Source: Octopus vulgaris | Taxonomy: Eukaryota | Direction of reading: 5' to 3' | Assembly: GCA_951406725.2 (NCBI GenBank) | Contig: OX597827.1 | Location: forward strand, 33,294,001-33,358,000 | Length of the DNA stretch: 64,000 bases | Shown: positions 1 through 12,973 of the stretch, piece after piece | How positions within the stretch are numbered: the first letter of the stretch is position 1 | How the letters are laid out: every line of letters begins with the position of its first letter | Program-made: the position numbers and the translations under genes | The notes under the pieces: generated by a model | What the model saw: the letters and a program-made list of their open reading frames with translations, nothing else | Told to the model about the DNA's origin: nothing | The model's database searches: none

Positions 1-1003
1 CCAATTTACACAGGGTACTTGGTACCTTTTCCTGTTGCACTGGAACAAATAAGGTGACCAAGTATTTCACAAGACAAGACTCCTTGACTGAGCAGGGATG
101 TATTACTGAGAATGGGGCGGCTTTATGCCAGATGAGAGAGGGTATAAAGTAAGAGAGAGTGGACAGGAACAGGTGTCACACAGTAGAGAAGATATATGGC
201 TGACCCAGCTGGAAAGAGAAAATAATAAAAAAAAAAAAAGAGTCCAAGGTGAATATAAGAAAAAGTAGATCAGAGGATCAGACAAGGTGAGCAGGTAGGT
301 AAGTTTGTGAGAGTGTGAAAGGGGTTTACCTATATACATCACAAAAAAGCCCTTATGACCAATTAAGAGATGAAGGCTCTGAGCTTCAAGTGATGTTGCC
401 ATTTCTCTTGCCAACAAATAAGCCCTTGAAGACATGAAATAAGAGACCCTTTGCTAGAAAATCAGGTAGGGGTGAGCAACTCAAAACACACAACTGTAAA
501 ACACAGCTTCAATAATATATTCATCTAATCAGTGCAAGAATGGTAACAGTAATTAAGGGCAGTTGCAGACTAAGTGCAAATAATGGTGCTCAATGATATG
601 TATCATTTGTCCCTCTATACTGTATCCTTATTACTGTCCTTTGTCACCTTTTCCTCCCTGAGCCTTTCCTATTCCCTTTATTTCCTCCTAAACTTTTATC
701 CACTGCATCAGCTTCAATCTCCATCACTAATCATCTCTCATCTTCTCACAAACTTACGAATCCACCCACTATTTCTGTTCCTCTATCCCTAGTCTCTCAC
801 TTATATTCACTTTGTAACCTAAGGGTACACCCTCATCATCTTGCTTTCCAACAGGAAAAGCCATGTATTTGCCTCTTCAGTAAGATACCTGCTCCTGTGC
901 CTCTGTCATACTTTTACACCATCATTATTTCATATCTGTTTTCCATGCTGGTATGGGTTGGATGGTAGGGCTGCATCAGTTACCAGTTGTCTATTTTGGA
1001 ATG

Positions 1004-1488
1004 TACATTATTTACATATGACGGATATTTGTCCTCATCTTGTTTGTTGTTAACACGTTTCAGCTGATATACCTTCCAGCCTTCATCAGGTGTCTTGAGG
1101 AAATTTCGAACCTGGGTTCTTGTTCCTAAGGTATTTTTCAATATTATTGTTATTATTCAGGTCACTGCCTGGAATTGAACTCGGAATCTTGGGGTTAGTA
1201 GCCTATGCTCTTAACCACTACAGGCATATGGTAAAGAGTGGTTAAGAGCATAGGCTACTAACCCCAAGATACCGAGTTCGATTCCAGGCAGTGACCTGAA
1301 TATTAATAATAATAATAACATCGAAAAATACCTTAGGAATGAGAACCCAGATTTGAAATTTTCCCAAGACACCTGATGAAGGCTGGAGGGTATATCAGCT
1401 GAAATGTTGTGCTAACAACAAGATGAGGATAAATATCCATTAAATGTAAATAATGTACATAATTCCTCATCTCTTAAATATAGAACTG
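1004..1488. mobile_element. Palindromic tRNA-head / hammerhead-like non-autonomous element (Penelope-like terminus), copy 1
   Basis: Arms ~1001-1219 and ~1237-1460 are reverse complements; tRNA-like head with B box GAGTTCGATTCC (1274-1285); CTGATGA...GAAA motif on each arm; unique tail 1461-1488; flanked by direct repeat TATTTTGGAATG (992-1003, 1489-1500). Confidence 0.8.
1368..1413 (+). ncRNA. Minimal type I hammerhead ribozyme-like motif, degenerate (mirror copy on minus strand ~1052-1094)
   Basis: GACAC-CTGATGA-A-GGCTG(gagggtatat)CAGCT-GAAA-TG-TT-GTGCT; other arms show CAGCC and GAAACG, giving an inferred consensus with stem I ACAC/GTGT, stem II GGCTG/CAGCC and palindromic AACGTT stem III. 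Confidence 0.6.
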
Positions 1489-2208
1489 TATTTTGGAATG
1501 GCTTCTGCGGCTAGATGCCCTCCCTAATGTCAACCACTTTGCAGAGTGTACTTTAATACTATACCAAACCCAGATGAGAGGTCTTGTCTTACAAGTATTT
1601 GGTGATCTCATTAGTGTCAGTGCCTTGGAAAAAGCAACTAATATACTGTGTAAAGTGGTTGGTAATAGGAAGGGCACCTAGCTGTCGAAAAACATGTCAA
1701 AGCAGACATTGAAGCAAGGCACAGTCTTCAGGCTTATCAATTCCTGTCGAACCATCTGACCCATGCCAGCATGGAAAATGGATATTAAATGGTGATGAAG
1801 ATAAATTGGATGGAATGCAGAGCAATTAAGGAAAGGCATGTAGGTTACACAGAAACTGGGCCACAAGAGGAAACCCTGGAGTTGATGCAAAAGCCAACAC
1901 ACAAAGAGAAAATGCACAGCTAACACAGAAACTAGTCCGACCAATGAAGGAACCTCTATGTGGTTGCAAGACCTGCTAAAAATAGCAACCAAACCTTCTG
2001 CAAATCACATCATAAAACAAAAAAGAAAATGATTGCATTAGATAAGGTAGCCCTGGATATGAAATGAAATAATGGGATTGGCACAGCTGGAGTATCTGAC
2101 ATTGTTTAACCCAAGGTCAAACTGACCAGGTCGGAGATGGGAGTGGAGGATGAGCAACAGATAATCAAAAACATATAAAGCAGTATTCCAGAAGAAAATT
2201 TAACAAAC

Positions 2209-2281
2209 CTTGCGCTCTACTAATTGCCATGGTGATTCTCTCCCACTGGAAACTGAATGCATTTCTTCATCCATTTGTAAT
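2209..2281 (-). CDS. Putative exon of an unidentified host gene (LQMDEEMHSVSSGRESPWQLVERK)
   Basis: Minus strand: ttttattgtttcttcag|ATTACAAATGGATG...GAGCGCAAG|gtttgt; apparently non-repetitive sequence, only one open frame, canonical AG/GT. No homolog recognised. Confidence 0.5.
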
Positions 2282-2494
2282 CTGAAGAAACAATAAAATC
2301 AAGATTCAATTACATTAATTTAAAAAATTATCAACATTAATTAGTGGCAAACAGGAAAAGAAGGAAGAGCGAAAGAGACTAACTTTATAATCTTTGTACT
2401 TTAACTTAGTGTTGTTTTTGTTTAACCCCAGGTCAGCCCTGACTGAGCAGACTGATGCTGATGAAAAGTGTTCTAGTCACCGGATTTTGCTTAA

Positions 2495-2712
2495 CCCTTT
2501 AGCATTCAGATCACTCTGTCAAATAAGGCTGATTCATTCACATCAGTTTGAATTAATCATGCATTATGTCACAGCTACAAGATTTCGATGATGCAATTGT
2601 TTATTTTTAGAATGACATTGTAGGGTAGGTGTAAGAGGTCAGATCTGACCAGTTTGACCACAAAACATGTAGAATATTTAGGCCAGAAATGGCCAATTTA
2701 AATGCTAAAGGC
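2495..2712. mobile_element. piggyBac-like MITE
   Basis: TTAA at both ends, TIR CCCTTTAGCATT / AATGCTAAAGGC; homologous copy at 40076-40294. Confidence 0.7.
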
Positions 2713-3561
2713 TTAAGATTTAACATATCTAAGACTACATTATTTAATGTGTCCTGTTCTTCCTTCGTATATTTTGGTGCGATTTAAATGATTTCTAGCA
2801 GGTCAACTAATTACACAGTGATTCTCTTTCTGGCTCAAATGATGAACACAACTGACAGCTCTTTCTTGCGATATTCATATATTCTGCAACAAAACAACAA
2901 TCGTTTTGCCTCTCTTCAACCCAGCAAGCCATTAACTAGGGACAGCGCTAGGTGTTGGAGAAATTAGCAACTGCCATTGTCAAGAAACGTACGTCAAGAA
3001 AAGAACTAGTCTTCAGCAATACTATAGGGTTAATAATAATAATTCTTTCTATTATAGACACAAATCCTGAACATTGATAGGGAGTGGGCAGCTAGTCAGT
3101 TACATCAGCCTCCTATACACAAGTACTTTGTTTTATCAAGCCTGAAAGGATGAAAGGCAAAGTTGAGCTCAGCAGGATTTGAACTGAGTCAGAAGAAATG
3201 CTACTAAGCATTTTGTCCAATGATCTAGTGATTGTGCCAGCTTCTTGCAGTCTTAACAATAATAACAACAATGTTTCTAACATAGGCACAATGCCCGAAA
3301 CTTAAGGTGGGGGTGACTACATTGATAAGTACTTGAGTGATACTTTATCTTAACTGTAAAAGGATGGAGGGCTAAGTAGATCTTGGTAGCATTTGAACTC
3401 AGAATGTAGAACTGGAAGAAAGGCTGTTATGGATTTTGTCCAATGTATTATCTCTATCCGTCTATCATACTCCAACCTACCATTTGACAGCCATTTTTCT
3501 TGGTTCTTTTCTCTCTCTCAGCTGAGAGGTCTTTGTCTTGCAAGCTAATTGGTAACCCCAC

Positions 3562-3905
3562 TAGTGCTGGTGCCACGCTAAAAGGCACCCGTACTGGTGC
3601 CACGCTAAAAGGCACCCGTACTGGTGCCACGCTAAAAGACACCCATACTGGTTCCACATTAAAAAGCACCATACTGGTGTCACGTTAAAAGACATCTGTA
3701 CTGGTGTCACGTGAAAAGCACCCAGTACACTCTGTAGAGTAGTTGGCATTAGGAAGGGCATCCAGTCATAAAAACCAGGAGCTAGCAAGATGGAAGGCTG
3801 CATTAGGTGCAACTGGAGCCTAGTGCAGTCCGCCATCTTGTTAGCTCCAGTCAAACTTTCCAACCCATACAAGCATGGAAAATGGGCATTAAATGATGAT
3901 GATGT
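3562..3905 (+). mobile_element. RTE-family 3' UTR fragment with 27-bp tandem repeats
   Basis: About six copies of TGGTGCCACGCTAAAAGGCACCCGTAC-like unit, then GGCATTAGGAAGGGCATCCAG block and (GAT)n tail shared with the LINE at 25910. Confidence 0.7.
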
Positions 3906-4890
3906 ACTAACGATTCTGCCTGCTCACCATCTTAATAATAATAATAATAATAACGAAAAGTGAAGTTGACACCAAGTGGGATTTGAACTCAGAATGTAGA
4001 GGACATAAAGTGCCTTGTAAGTTCACAACAATAATTTCTCACTTCTGCACAAAGAAAACTATGTGGTTGCTCAACTGGCTAGAAATTAAGGCTAAATCTC
4101 CCTAAAATCACACTGTACAGTCTTGTAAAAATTATTGGCTAATACATTCCTAGGTAGCCCTAAAGAAGGGTAGTGCAGTGGCCACAACTGGAATACCTTT
4201 GATTATAGGACTGCTTCATCAAAATGGACCTGGGGCTAAACAGGTGCTTCTTTTTTATTACTGAGGAAGAAGACAGTATTTATGACCCTTTATAGGGTCT
4301 CTAGAACTAAATGGGATGGAAGGAAGAAATCATCCTCAACCAAGCTTAAAACAGACTTGATTCAGCAAAAAGCAGGCAAGGACCAGGAGATAGTGTTAAC
4401 TCTTTGCTACTAAGATTTCTATAGAAATAGATTAGAATTTTCCAATTAATTTTGAAAAAAAAATGAAGTATTTAGTAAGATAACCATTGTCAATGTTAAC
4501 CTCTTTTGATAGCAACCTGCCTTAAGGCAATGAGCTGGCAGAATTGTTAGCATACCAGGCAAAATGCTAAGCAGCACTTGGTTCGTCTTTATGTTCTGGG
4601 TTCAAATTACACCATGGTCAACTTTGCCTTTAATTCTTCCAGGGTTGATAAAATAAGTACCAGTTGAGTACTGGGGTTGGTGTAATTGACTTACTCACCT
4701 CTTCCAAAATTACTGGCCTTGTGCCAAAATTTGAAACCAATATTAAACCTACTTGAGATGACCACTGGTTCTACAATACAAGCTTACTATTTTAAAGTGG
4801 TCTAAATAAAAACCTTCCATCAAAACCTCAACACCATTTTAATAATGACACTTTTTCATTATTTTCAAAATTAATTCAAACAGGGGCAAT

Positions 4891-5181
4891 GTTCCGTATT
4901 TTAACGTGTATAAGGCAATGTCCAAACTTAGATTGGAGCCTGGTGCAGCTACCTCTGGCTTTCCAGATCCCAGTCAAACTGTCCAACCCATGCCAGCATG
5001 GAAAATGGATGTTAAACAATGATGAAAGAATCACAATATATAAAGAACCCCTTAATTTTAGGGGCTTAAAATTTGGAAAAAAGGTTTTGTAAGGGATTAT
5101 AATACTATCCATGTATAAGAAACTCCCATATTCTTTTGAACCTAATTTTTGACAATAAAGGGTTCCTTATAAAATATGGTA
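4891..5181. mobile_element. Possible pogo/Tc1-type MITE interrupted by a retroposon tail (~4915-5025)
   Basis: Ends TTCCGTATTTT...TATAAG and CTTATAAAATATGGTA are imperfect inverted repeats. Confidence 0.35.
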
Positions 5182-5717
5182 TTTCAGCAGATACATGGTA
5201 ACAAAAGGGTTCAGTCAGTGCTTGGAACATAATTTAACAAGCAGTTTTAAAGAAAGGTCTCAACTTGGATCACTTTAAAACAGGAAGCTTGCATTAAAGA
5301 ACTGTAATTGGTGGTCGTAAGTGGGTTGGCATCAATAGGGTTAAGCTGGTGTTTGTATCATAATTTGACATGTAATTTTGATGAAATGTTCTAATCTAGG
5401 TGATTTTAAAACAGGCAGTTTGTATCATACAACAAGCTGTGAACTTGGATGAATTGGTTTTCAGAAAAGTTTTAAACCATACATGTAGGTCACCACAAGA
5501 TTTTTCAATCCTTTCATCTTTTATTTGTTTCACTTATTAGACTGTGGCCATGCCGGAGCACCACCTTGAAGGATTTAGTTGAACAAATTGACCCCCAGTT
5601 CTTTTTTTTTTGAAGTCTGGTACATATTCTATTTGGTCACTTTTGCCAAATTGCCAGGTTATAGGGACATAAAAAAACCAACACCAGTTGGCAAGCAGTA
5701 GTATGGGACAAACACAC

Positions 5718-5755
<38 letters not shown>

Positions 5756-8407
5756 GTATGTATATATAAGTTTTAAGAAATGATTTCAGCAATTTCTGAA
5801 GTTTAATCGGAATTTTTATTTGCTGCCGATTGAATCTGCGCTTGCGTGGAAGATTTGAAAAATAATATTTAAGGATGAGGCATGTGTTATTTGGTCTCTA
5901 ATTTATATGTTAATGTTTTGGTGTATCTGCTGATGAGAACTCTGAGGTCTGGCTGTAAAATATGGTAATTGTTTTTATTTTCCATTCCCTTCGAAATTGC
6001 TCTTAACTGTGGTTTGGACTTTTTGACTGTTCTTTCTAATATGTTAGGCAACTTGTTAAGGCTTGCCTCTTTGTGTTTAGATGTGTGTGTGTGTATGTAT
6101 ATATATACATACACACACATTAGTTTCCGGCTATCAAATCCACTCGCAAGGCTTTGACTAGCCCAGGGCTATAGTAGAAGATACTTATCTAAGGTGGCAT
6201 GCAATGGAACTGAACCCAGAACCATGAGGTTGGAAAACAAACTTCTTACCACACACCCATACCTATGCCTACCCAATTTTTTTTTAAATACTAATTTTCA
6301 AATTTAAATAATCACAAAAGAACCAAAAAATAAAAGATATTTTAGGGAATTGGAAATAGGAAGTTGTGATGATTTTGCATTAACATGAGCAAATGGAAAC
6401 AAAGTCTTAGACAGACCCAGATCATCAGAACAGCTAATTAAATAGAACCGGTGAAGGACTGATGTATTCAAAGATTAAAAACAGCAGTTATGGAATAAGT
6501 AATTGTAGCAGCAGCGACAGCAGTTCTGCTACACAGTTCATTCCTAACATATTTCGTATACAAACAACAGTCTAGCTAAACAGGAAGTCTCTTTGTGGTC
6601 ACATAACCTGCTAGAAATAACAGTCAGATTCTCTATGTTAAAACACCCTTTAAAAAGAAGAAAAAAACCAAAAAGCAATCAGGGTTTCTGTCACAGCAGT
6701 ATCACCTCCGCTCTAATCAATTTGACCAGCTGTGACTGTGTATCTTGGGTAGACAGCAGACTGGGGTTAAACACAACAAAAATAGTAAATTTATTTTCAG
6801 CAATTCACTGTGTTTCTGAATACAAAAAGACTGATTTACTTTTGTTAAAATCTAGTTTGTGCTCATAAAAATTCCATCAGTGACAAATATTCAGCTTATA
6901 TAGTTAAACTACTTGTGGTAAATTCTATTGAAAGTGACTGGCTGAAACAAAATACACACACACACAAGCTTCTTTCAGTTTCTGTGTAACAAAAACCATT
7001 CACAATACTTAGACCAGCCTGGGGTTGTAGGGGATGGCAGCAAGACATCTTGGTTAAGTAGGTTTTACTGCAGCCCTGGGTCAACCAAAACCTTGTGAGT
7101 GAATTTTGTAGACGGAAACAATGTATGTACCATATCTGTGTTTGTTCATGTGGTGTGTGTGCGTGCATGCGTATGCTGACCAACCATGAGAAACAACAAA
7201 AGAAGCAGAGTTCAATATTGTTTCCTAATTAATGTAGCCATGTGCACCAGGCTTTCAACCGTCAAATTATTAGAAGAGAAACTTAAAGTCCTGAATGTGA
7301 GTCTCTATACCTGTACCGTTTATTAGATGTACAATTTTTAAATCGGCAGAAAATTATAAAATTGACTCAAGGCCCATGAGTTTCATGCCAATTTAATAAT
7401 AGGAAAGTGTGTCTGTATACACACACGTGTATGTATGTATGTGTGTGTGTGTTTGTGTGTATATATATATATACATATACACACACACCTACCTCTAACT
7501 CTCTCCTTCATATTGTCTATCTGGATGTTTTGTTGTTCTTTTTTGTATCACCTAACTGTCTGGATGTTTTGTGTTCTTGATGATGATGATGATATATATA
7601 GTGGCGTATGTACACTTTGGTCTCTTATATGTAAGTATATATTTATCTAAATATTGTCCCACTATTCTTTCTTTTATTCTTTCTTTCTTTCTATCAGCCC
7701 TGCTTATTTCTGTCATTCCACTCTTCGTTCTTTTGTTCTCCCCTCTCTCATATTTCCTTGCCTTCTCTTCTTGCTCACTTTCCAACCTCTTTTCACTTCA
7801 CTGTGTCCCTGTCATTTTTTCTTCTCGCCCCTCCTTAATTCTGTCCCTCTACCTCTTCTCTCCCCAGGTGACCAGTGTTTGACCAAGCCTGATCTTTCTT
7901 TCTTGGTTCGGCCATCATCCATGCAACATCTATATTCCTCTCTGTGCCTGTGAAATCTTGTATCCCTGCTGTAAGGCTTTATTTCCACACATGCCAGCTT
8001 AATTTAATTCGGCCTTAGTCGAAAGACATCTGTTGTTATGTCCTGTTATTTGTATTTGTGTAACATTCTGTTTTTTTTGTATACATTCGCTGCTTTCTTG
8101 CAAGGAATCTAATGCTCTTAACTTAGTTTCTCCTTGGGGCTGACCAGATTGGAGCAATCTCGAGAATAACCAGCCAAAATTGCAAAGATAATCTAGAACT
8201 CAACTGAGGAAAGAAAACTTCGAATGACCTGTCCTTGTTTTCTTTGTATCGTCTATCTGGATGTTTTGCATTCTTGTCCCATTTTGTATTTTACACATGT
8301 ATATATATATAATATGTATATATGAATGGCAGTGCCCCAGCATGGCCACAGCTCGTGAGCTGAAACTAGATAAAATATATAAATATAAAATATATGTATA
8401 TATAAAT

Positions 8408-8577
8408 AAAAGGTCGCTAGAATTTTGGAAAAAAATCTCTTTATTTATTCATTATTATTGGCGTTTTTATCCATTTCTCCAGCCTGTCAAATAGAATTCT
8501 ATTTGACAAGTTCAAGAAACAAATGAAAGCTCTAACAAATAAAAGAATTTTTTCCCCAAAAATTCTGGTGACCTTTT
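8408..8577. repeat. Imperfect palindrome with perfect 24-bp core
   Basis: TGTCAAATAGAATTCTATTTGACA (8485-8508); outer arms AAAAGGTCGCTAGAATTTT / AAAATTCTGGTGACCTTTT. Confidence 0.75.
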
Positions 8578-8613
8578 TTCTCAATATTCAATATCTGTAT
8601 ACCACACCTAACA

Positions 8614-8644
<31 letters not shown>

Positions 8645-11066
8645 CATACACACACATATACATACACTCATGTACTGAATTCTATTTCTGTTTGACCATA
8701 CCAAGTCTACGAGAGAGAGAGAGAGAGCTCTTGCATGCCACCTTAATAATAATAATAATAATAATCCTTTCTACTAAAAGCACAAGGGTTGAAATTTGGG
8801 GGGGAGGGGGAAAATCGATTAGACCCCCCCTCCCCCGCGCAATATTATAATAACTGGTACTAAATTTATTGACCCTGAAAGAATGAAAGGCAAAGTTGAC
8901 CTCGGCAGAATTTGAACTCAGAATGTAGAGACAGACAAAATGCTGTTAAACATCTTGTCTGATGTGCTCACCATTCTGCCAGCTTACCACCCAGCAAGAA
9001 CTAAGCATGCTAACAATAAACAGAACATCAGTCTAACAAGAGAAACCTCTACATGGTTGTTAGACTTGTTGCAAATAGCAGCACTAGAAGGCACTAGATG
9101 GAGTAGTTTCAGATGCACTATATATAAATGGGGACAGGGTAGGATGGTCACCGATAGGTTTTTTGTAATAGGTCTACAGGATCACGGTTGACAAGGGACT
9201 AAACAATAACTTATTGCAACTTATTTCTCTCTCTCTCTTACACAGTGTTGCTTTATCTCACCACCACCCTATCTTATACACACTGACATTTTGTGTTGTA
9301 GAAATGTTTATAGCCATTCCTACCAGGAAGAACTTTTATATGCCATTAGTATTCAACTAACTAAAGGACTTAGTGTTTCCACAAAATTCAGATACAATGA
9401 CAATATCATAGCAAAGTTAACCAAATGACCTGTCAGTGCTTCAATGAGTTTCTATTTCAATTGGGCACTCTAATTATTGTAGCAGCTAACAATACAAGGC
9501 TTTCTTCAGCCCTCTTGTTGCCATATTTCATTTAAACTACACTGCTTTGTTTCAATAAATTTGAACAAAGAACTAACAGCAGTCTCAAGTGGAGACTGGG
9601 GTTATCAGAAAGGCTAATCCCATACCAATATGGCTAAAAGAATACAATAACAATACAAGTATTAAACTGGTGTTGAAGATTAAATGATTTGAAGGAATCA
9701 GTATATGGTACTTTCTTCATTATCTTCGTTTAATGTCTGTTTTCCATGTTAGCATGGGTTGGATGGTTTGACAGAATCTGGCCAACTGTAGGGCTGTGCC
9801 AAGCACCAGTATCAGCTTTGGTATGGTTTCTAACACTGGATGTCTTTCCTGATGCCAACCACTTTACAGTGTGTACTGGGTGCTATTTTTGTTTTATGCA
9901 ACTGGCACTAGTGAGGTTGCCAAGTAAGTTGCAAGACAGAAATGAAGAGAAAGAGAAAAGCCCTCATGAAAAAGTGGGGACGAGAGTGTTAGGAAGGGAG
10001 AGGTGGCGTTAAGCTAGGTGCTGAGAGACTCAAGTATGACAGGGCAACATGGAGAGGTGTTTTGCTATAGAGGAGGTACACAGCTCCCCTACATTAGTAA
10101 TAGGGAAAGCTTTCAACAAAAAAAAAACAAACCAGTGACATTCTGAGGTTAAAATATCACTAATTAAATTTCGTTGTTCACCACTGATTTTATAGTACCA
10201 GTAATACAATAGGGCCCAATTCAATCAGCAACAGCAAAACCCTCACCTATCCAACTTCAAAAGATATCATTTACCGTCCATTTTCCATGCTGGCATGGGT
10301 TGGACAGTTTGACAGGAGCAGGCAAGCTGGAGGGCTGCACCAGGCTCCAACTGTCTGTTTTGACATGGTTTCTATGGCGGGATGCCCTTCCTAAATGCCA
10401 ACCACTTTACAGAGTGTAGTGAGTGCTTCCTATGTGGCACCAACACAAGGGCTTTTTACGTGGCACCAGCATTTACGTGGCACCAGCATGCTTAATAAAA
10501 AAACAAACAACTTAATATTTGACACACATAGTTATAACAAAAAACCAAAAGCAAGCTTTCAATAAACTCTTAATAGCAACCCCGTTGAGACCTGGTGGTG
10601 GAGAGGGGTGTCATCTAAAGAACACTCATTTTCAATTTGAATAAAAACCATTCATCACAATTTTTGTGTAAGAACCTTTTAGGTTACAAACGCTATATTT
10701 CAAACACTAACTTAATGAAGAAGGCTACAGGATACTGCAGCAGAAAAACCTCCCATATTTTAGATGGCCATTGGTCAGGCACTGGTGAAGGTAAGCAAGT
10801 GATAGCAGTGTCTTCCAGTACCTAATATTTTATCATTTTTGCTATTAAGTTACCATTGTGGTTTGGACTGATACACATCACATGTTTGGTGTTAAAACAT
10901 TTGTCAATCTGTAAAAATGTGCAAGGGTTTTTTGCTGCCCCATGTAGGTTAGTAAATCTGTCCAGGTTTGATTACATTCAAAGTTGTGTTTATCAATTTC
11001 ATAAATGTGCGCTTCAGAATATCTTGATGTAATGTCTCTCAAGAAATCTGCACAGCAAACATTTTG

Positions 11067-11710
11067 GTGAGAGAGAGTGAAAGTAATAGGGAGAGAGAGA
11101 GAGTGAGTGAGTGAGTGAGGAAGTGAGCACAAGTGAGTGAATGAGAGAGAGAGAGCACAAGTGAGAGAGAGAGGGCACGAGTGAGTGAGAAAGAGAACGA
11201 GAGAGAGGGCACGAGTGAGAGAGAGAGGACACGAGTGAGAGAGAGAGGGCACGAGTGAGAGAGAGAGCAAGTGAGAGAGAGAGAGCACGAGAGAGAGAGA
11301 GAGAGAGCACGAGAGAGAGAGAGAGCACGAGAGAGAGAGAGAGCACGAGTGCGAGAGAGGGCAGGAGTGAGAGAGAGAGCACGAGTGAGAGAGAGAGAGC
11401 ACGAGTGAGAGAGAGAGAGCACGAGTGAGAGAGAGAGAGCACGAGTCAGAGAGAGAGAGCACGAGTCAGAGAGAGAGAGCACGAGTCAGAGAGAGAGAGC
11501 ACGAGTGAGTGAGAGAGAGCACGAGTGAGAGAGAGAGAGAGCACGAGTCAGAGAGAGAGAGAGCACGAGTGAGAGAGAGAGAGAGCACGAGTGAGAGAGA
11601 GCACGAGTGAGTGAGAGAGAGTGAAATAGAGAGCATGTGAGTGAGAGTGTGAGCATGAGTGAAAGACTGAGCACAAGTGAGAGAGTGTAAAGGAGAGAGA
11701 GAGAGATAGC
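11067..11710. repeat. GA-rich minisatellite, ~20-bp unit GCACGAGTGAGAGAGAGAGA
   Basis: Tandem GCACGAGT(GA)n units read directly. Confidence 0.95.
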
Positions 11711-12932
11711 ATGAAGGAGAGAGAAGTGGGTGGGTTTATTTAAAAAGCATTTTATTTCAATTATTAAATCTAGGCCAAAAGTTTCGAGCAAATGACAGCT
11801 TACACACCCACACACACTGTCTGGTCAAATCTCCTTCCTGCTCCACTGCTAGAATGAGGTGCCACTTGGCAGAACTAAAACTCTTCCCAACCATATCTTT
11901 TCAGGTTCAGTCTCACAGTGGTATCATCATCAGCAGCAGCAGCATTGTAACATCCACTTTTCCAATGTTTGTATGGGTTGGGCGGAATTTGGTGAAGCTG
12001 ATTTTTCTCAGGTCAGATGCCCTTCCTGTTGCTAACTCTTATCTGTTTCCAAGCAAGGTAATATTTCCCCCAAAGGCCAGACATGTTTTCACAGGACATT
12101 GGAAATGAAGGACACTGCTTACATAACAGTGACACTTGTTTACAACTATCACACAAAGTCAAAGCAAGAGGACGACAACACACACAAGTTCTCATTGGTT
12201 CCAATTTTTTTTCTCTCTTCAAAATTCACCATCAATGTTACCCTTCATTTTCTAGTGTCTTCCCCACACACTTCAAATATTATACATGAATTTCCAATCT
12301 ATCTTTATCTATCCCACTTCTTTTTATGATACTTTCACTCTCTTCCACCTATCTCAGCATAGCCACTGAGAGAGAGAGATGGGATCATTGTAAATTACTT
12401 GGCCTTTTACATACAGAGATTGTACGCATTAATGTATTTTTTAAGACATCTGGATTTGATTAGGGGAAGAATTAGTTACTTTTTAAAAGCTAATTGGCGG
12501 TGGTGGTTGGTGAAGCAAGTTGTTCCCATAGCAGGATATATTTGGTTATACTTTTGTTCCCAGCTGACCACATGAACAAATATTATAGTCTTGAGATAAA
12601 GGTAACAAGCATCACCAACACCAAACACACTTAGAACCCACAAACCAATCATGTTACCTATTGATGAGGTGCTTGCTCAACTTGCTAAAAATAACAGGCA
12701 AACCTCCTTCAAATACTAACCAAAACAAAAAAAATATATTAAAAAGCAAAAAAGTGTTCAATAATTTTAGTTACAGCTGTGTCTGCAAGAGATGGTCACA
12801 ACTGGAAAGCCTTTTGATGATAGCTAAACAACAACACTATAACTCTGCATTTTATCACTGAGTAAATTCTAGAAAACTGTCATGTGATGTCCAGACAAGG
12901 AGACAAGCACTCATTCACATTCACTCACACTA

Positions 12933-12973
<41 letters not shown>

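Noticed and set aside
5770-6080. Minus-strand 77-aa ORF within a SINE microsatellite
   Set aside because: Probably an inserted TE fragment; no recognisable motif.
10878-11815. Leu/Ser-rich ORFs
   Set aside because: Translation of the GA minisatellite.
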